From: Mobula hypostoma
Taxonomy: Eukaryota
Direction: 5' to 3'
NCBI RefSeq assembly: GCF_963921235.1
Contig: NC_086097.1
Coordinates: 202,618,001 to 202,682,000 of the forward strand
DNA: 64,000 bases
Shown: piece after piece, positions 59,679-64,000 of the stretch
Layout of the letters: each line of letters begins with the position of its first letter
How positions within the stretch are numbered: position 1 is the first letter of the stretch
Program-made: the position numbers and the translations under genes
Notes under the pieces: generated by a model
Told to the model about the DNA's origin: nothing
Databases searched by the model: none
The model's input: only the letters and a program-made list of their open reading frames with translations

Positions 59679-61761
59679 TGTAACAAATAAGAACTGCAAA
59701 AGGTGACCTGGATGAGGATGGTTGGGACCCAAGTGCTAGAGTATCAGAGATCAGAATTAAGACGTGATCCAAAACTGAAACGAAGACGAGGTTCTGAATT
59801 GGCCGCTAGACGAGAATCCAAAGTTGAGCTGACGATTGAGCACTGAACCTCAGTTCAGGTGCTTTTTAAATATTAAAATCTTGGTGCCACAACTTGACTG
59901 CCAATTAGTGGGGCGGGCCTGAATCATTAAAGGGGCCATGCCAGCTGTCCATGTTCTGGAGAGTTTGAACTTCTAAACCCCAGAGGCTGGCACAGTCAGG
60001 TAGGTGTTGTAACAGGACGCTCTCTCCTATGACTGACGTCTGATAGCCCTGGCTGCTTGAAGAGACAGTGATGGTAGTCACGGATGAGTGCTGGACCCAA
60101 GATGTCCCTTTCTGGAATCAGCACTCTTTCTCGGGTCTGAATCTTTCCCAGTCCACAAGAAATTGCTAACCACCCTGAGCAGTTTGGAATCCAGAATTCT
60201 TTTTACGGTGAAGACCTGTTCCTCATCAACAAACCTGGGTAGTGATGGGACTGATGTTGGTGGGGCCAAAGGGCTGGTGTTAACAGGTTTTAATTTGGAA
60301 ATGTGGAAGGTGGGTTTGATCTTGAGGGTCTTGGGGGGGATTACAAGGTGTAAGTCATTGGGTTTACTCTCATGAGAACCTTGAAGGGTCCAATGAACTT
60401 CAGCGCCAACTTCCTAGACTGCACCCGGAGAAGCAAATCCTGAGTAGACAGCCAGACCTGTTGCCTAGGCTGCAAAGCTGGTCCCTATTTTCTCTTGCCT
60501 TTCGCCTTTATTTCAGCTTTCTGGGTAGAGGCCAACAAAATCTCCTTTGCCTTAGTCCATTTTTCCTTGCAGCATCAGGCAAGATTTTCGGCCACCAGAT
60601 CTCCAACCTCGGCCTTCTGCTCGGGGAAGAGTGGCAGAGAATATCCGAATTGGCATTTGAATGGGGACATCCTGTGCATAGAATTCTGTAAAGAGCTGTG
60701 GGTGACCTCTGCTCACATCAAATGGTTGCACCACTCATCCAGTCCTTCAGAGACCAAGCATCTTAGAGTTTATTCCATATCCTGGTTAACTCACTCCATC
60801 TGGCCATTGGACTGCGGGTGAAACCCAGAGGGAAGACTCACCATTACCCCAGTCAGCGTACAGAATACCTTCCAAAAATGTGACGTGAATTGAGGGCTGC
60901 GATCCGACACGATGTCTTCTGGAAATCTGTAGACCTGGTGCGGGACAATTTTAGCCACCTCTGTCACAGATGGTTTGTCTGTAGCAATGAATTGCAGGCC
61001 TTCGAAAAACGATCTACAATTACCATGATGACGGTCTTCCTCTTGGAAGGCAGAAGATCCGTGACAGAGTCCATGGAGGTGTGTGCCCTCGTTTGTCTGG
61101 AACCTTGAGGTTGGGTGCTGGGCTCCTTGTTCCGGCCACAGAACTTGCATGCCTGCATTTTTTTTTGGACCTCTTTCGCCATTCCAGGCCACTAGTATTT
61201 TCTCTTAGTGAACTCATGGGTCTTAACAATTCCTGGGTGAGCGGTCATTCTTGATATGTGTCCCCATTGAAGTACCTGAGATCTGATGGAACTTGGGACG
61301 AACAGACAATCCAGAGGACTGTTCCTGGAAATCTCCTCTTGTGCCTCGGCCTTGCAAACAAGTGCGTTGATATCCCCTTACCCCTTAGCTTGGGGCAAAA
61401 TGGTGGTAGGCTGCTCCTCTTTTTTGAGTTCATTGAACTGACAAGACAAGGCACCTGGTCTATGATTTTTAAACCCTGGTTGATACGATGGTTAGGACCC
61501 AAATGCTGGCGTATCCGAGACCAGAATTGAGACTCTTTACAAGACCGAAACGAAGATAGGGTTCTAAACTTGATGTAGACGAAAATCCAAAGTTAAACTG
61601 ATGATTGAGCACCGATCCTCAGTTCAGTTGAATTTTCAATATCAAAACCTTGGCACCAAAACATGTCCTCCAATTAGCCTGAATCTCTAAAGGAGTCACA
61701 TTCTGGAGAGTTAGAGCGTCTAAGCCCCGGAGACTGTCACCGTCAGGTGCGTGTTGAGACA
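59679..61761 (-). mobile_element. Internally deleted chromodomain-type Gypsy LTR element (LTR 59679-60014, partial LTR ~61474-61761; integrase and chromodomain remnants)
   Basis: Two similar direct repeats; tgtaac...gtaaca termini; PPT on the minus strand at ~60015-60030. Motifs [41 protein letters not shown], and chromodomain-like VFTVKRILDSK. Confidence 0.88.
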
Positions 61762-64000
61762 AGAACAATTGGACATACACAACAGAGACAACAACATTGT
61801 ATTATGTAGCACCTTTAACAAACAAATCAGATCAGTTTTAAAGGAATATTAGCAAATAAAACTTGACACCCAAATACTGGAACATTCAACAAGGCTGTCA
61901 ATGTCTGTGGAGAGAAAAACAGTTAATGTAGGTCAGGGATCTTTCATCTGGAATTAGTGGATAGGAAATAGCTTATGGCTGGTTCTGAAGATGATGACTT
62001 TGGTGTTTCCAATATTTGGTTGGAGGAAATTTCTGCTCATCCATTCCTAGCTGCTGGACAAGCAACCTGACATTTGAAAGACATGGGACATACTGTAAGT
62101 GATATGGTAAATCTAGGTGACATCAGCAACCATGAGGAAACTAATAATGCTGCTTAATAGCAAGATGCAAATGGAAACAGGAGGACAGGTGTTGATATTT
62201 AAGGAACGTAGAGGTGTGGAACTGGGAAGAGAAACTTGTGGAAGTGAGAAAACAGCCTTGATCACAGAGTGAATGTGCAAACTCCATGTAGCCAACACTG
62301 AAGATCAGTATTGAACATGTTTTGCTGAAGCTGTAAGTTAGTAGCTCTACTCACTGAAGAACAGTGCCACCCACCCTAGCTTTGACATAGTTGATTAAAA
62401 AAATGAACCAAATAGGTGATCCTACCTATCTGAGTAGAAGTTGGTGAAGTATAATATGGTAACCGTGTTAAAGGCTGCCGAATATTTGTAAAAAATGGGA
62501 GTGATAGATTAGCTTTGTCAGTTACTTTTGGATGGAGGTAGTTAATTTGAACATATTTGGTACTGTGTCTATTTCATGTCTTTTGGTAAAGGTTTAGATT
62601 CATGAAGTAGCAGCCAAGGTTAAATAACTATATTAATTACATATGTGAAATATTATTTTGAGGTAAAGTGGTGTAGTGGTTCACTTTCAACTGGATGTGT
62701 ACAAAGGATTTTTATAACTGCTGATATTGGTAGTTTATTTGTTTAGTTTACGCTTTGACTTATTGCTTTCAAAGGTGAATTGCTCTGCCTTTTTAAATTT
62801 GACAGGAAATAACTCTGGGGCTTGGGCTTGTGGTTGATCACTCCCTGTCCTACATAATTTCTAGCAGAGGGCTGAAATTTCCAGGTACATCGTCATACAG
62901 TGTGAAGGGAGGAGTAATTAAGCAGTTAAATAATCTGGTGGCTGGAGTGATGGAGGAGGAACTTAATAGATTAGATTGACCACATTTTGTTCGTATTTTG
63001 AAGTGTGTAACTGTATTATTATCTTAATTTTAAGAATGCTTTTTTGCATTGACTCTTTTACCCAGTGATACGTTTAAACACATTTTTGTTTGTTTGCCAA
63101 GAACATAGTGTTCCAGGCTGTCACTTGGTGACGTCTGTTGCTGGTCTGAAGCCAAAGGATAATGTAGTTTATTCTCCTACAATGCATATTGGCTGATTAG
63201 TTGGGGAGCTTAACTATGCAATGAAAAGGAAGGGCTTGGCAAATATATTCATAAGACGTAGACGCTTTTGAGTTTTTTTTCAAGAATGCTTTATAAATGA
63301 TCGGAAGTATGTAATATAAAACATTCAGGTTAATGTTTTGATAACAAATGTTACTTCCGTTTCTTAATGTTTGTGCATCGTTTTTTGTCATCCATTTACA
63401 ATCTTGAAAAAATATTTTGTCAGGTCTTAACACAAGTTTGAATTGATTTTTGTGCAAAGGCAGAGAAATCCCAAACTGTGGTCTTCCCACGCAGCCTCCA
63501 CAGTGACTACACCCAGGTTCAGCACAACCCTTAGCACATATTCCTGTGCCTTCGAGTGTGTCACTTTGCAGCACTATCACAAACAGCATGTTGTTCTAGA
63601 GTGTCAGTGCATTTTGCACATACCAAACGGCAATTTTTACTACGTTGATAGCTTTTCGGCAGCAATTGATATTTGTCTTGGTACAGCCTGCGTAGCACGG
63701 AGCTAAGATTGAATCTCGACAAATTCAATGCATCCACCACCTGTCTGACAAAGAAGCATTCACAAACAAATGGGAAAATGGTCTAATTTCCAGTGCTGAT
63801 CTCACCAAAGCAGTATGCTTGTGGCCTGTATGCTAATCATACACAAAAGATCTGAAGAAGAGTGCCATTCGCATCACCAACCAACAAAGTCTGTTTGAGT
63901 TTTTATTTTGATTGCAACCTTTTTTGTGAAGGTGCTACGCTATGGCATTAGAGATTACTTTTCTTCATTTCTTAATTCTTCACAGCTTGGTAATATTTTT

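Noticed and set aside
54469..64000. SPIDR exon 6 or later
   Set aside because: No segment resembling the expected next SPIDR region with suitable splice sites was found by eye. It probably lies beyond the window, though a divergent exon could have been missed.
1..64000. Prokaryotic-type systems (CRISPR, operons, retrons, DGRs) suggested by the many RT ORFs
   Set aside because: All RT motifs belong to vertebrate CR1, REX1 or Gypsy elements embedded in spliced genes; no repeat-spacer arrays or operon structure are present.

Overview
Eukaryotic (vertebrate) genomic DNA, AT-rich and dense in transposons. The repeat content (several CR1 subfamilies, REX1/Babar-like LINEs, V-SINEs with CR1-like tails) points to a cartilaginous fish, probably a batoid; this is an inference. 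Two host genes lie in tandem on the + strand. The first is the last three coding exons of MAPRE2/EB2 (3895-4034, 6304-6456, 6543-6614, ending in EEY*), followed by a long 3'UTR. The second is the CpG-island promoter and first five coding exons of SPIDR (17817-17834, 31928-32083, 33511-33580, 37493-37705, 54332-54468), which splice into one open frame if intron 4 uses a GC donor. Most other ORFs in the track are decayed LINE, Gypsy or Tc1 fragments or their antisense shadows. The most unusual signals are: (i) a dispersed ~100-bp repeat with a minimal type-I hammerhead-ribozyme-like core, one copy inserted with an 11-bp TSD; (ii) several fold-back or inverted duplications at transposon junctions, including a 39-bp-arm hairpin and a 163-bp-arm inverted repeat; (iii) inverted same-subfamily CR1 pairs flanking SPIDR exons, which could favour circRNA formation; (iv) splice oddities in MAPRE2 and SPIDR. 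I found no clearly new protein-coding system. Gene identities rest on recalled human protein sequences, not on a database search, and repeat boundaries are approximate.
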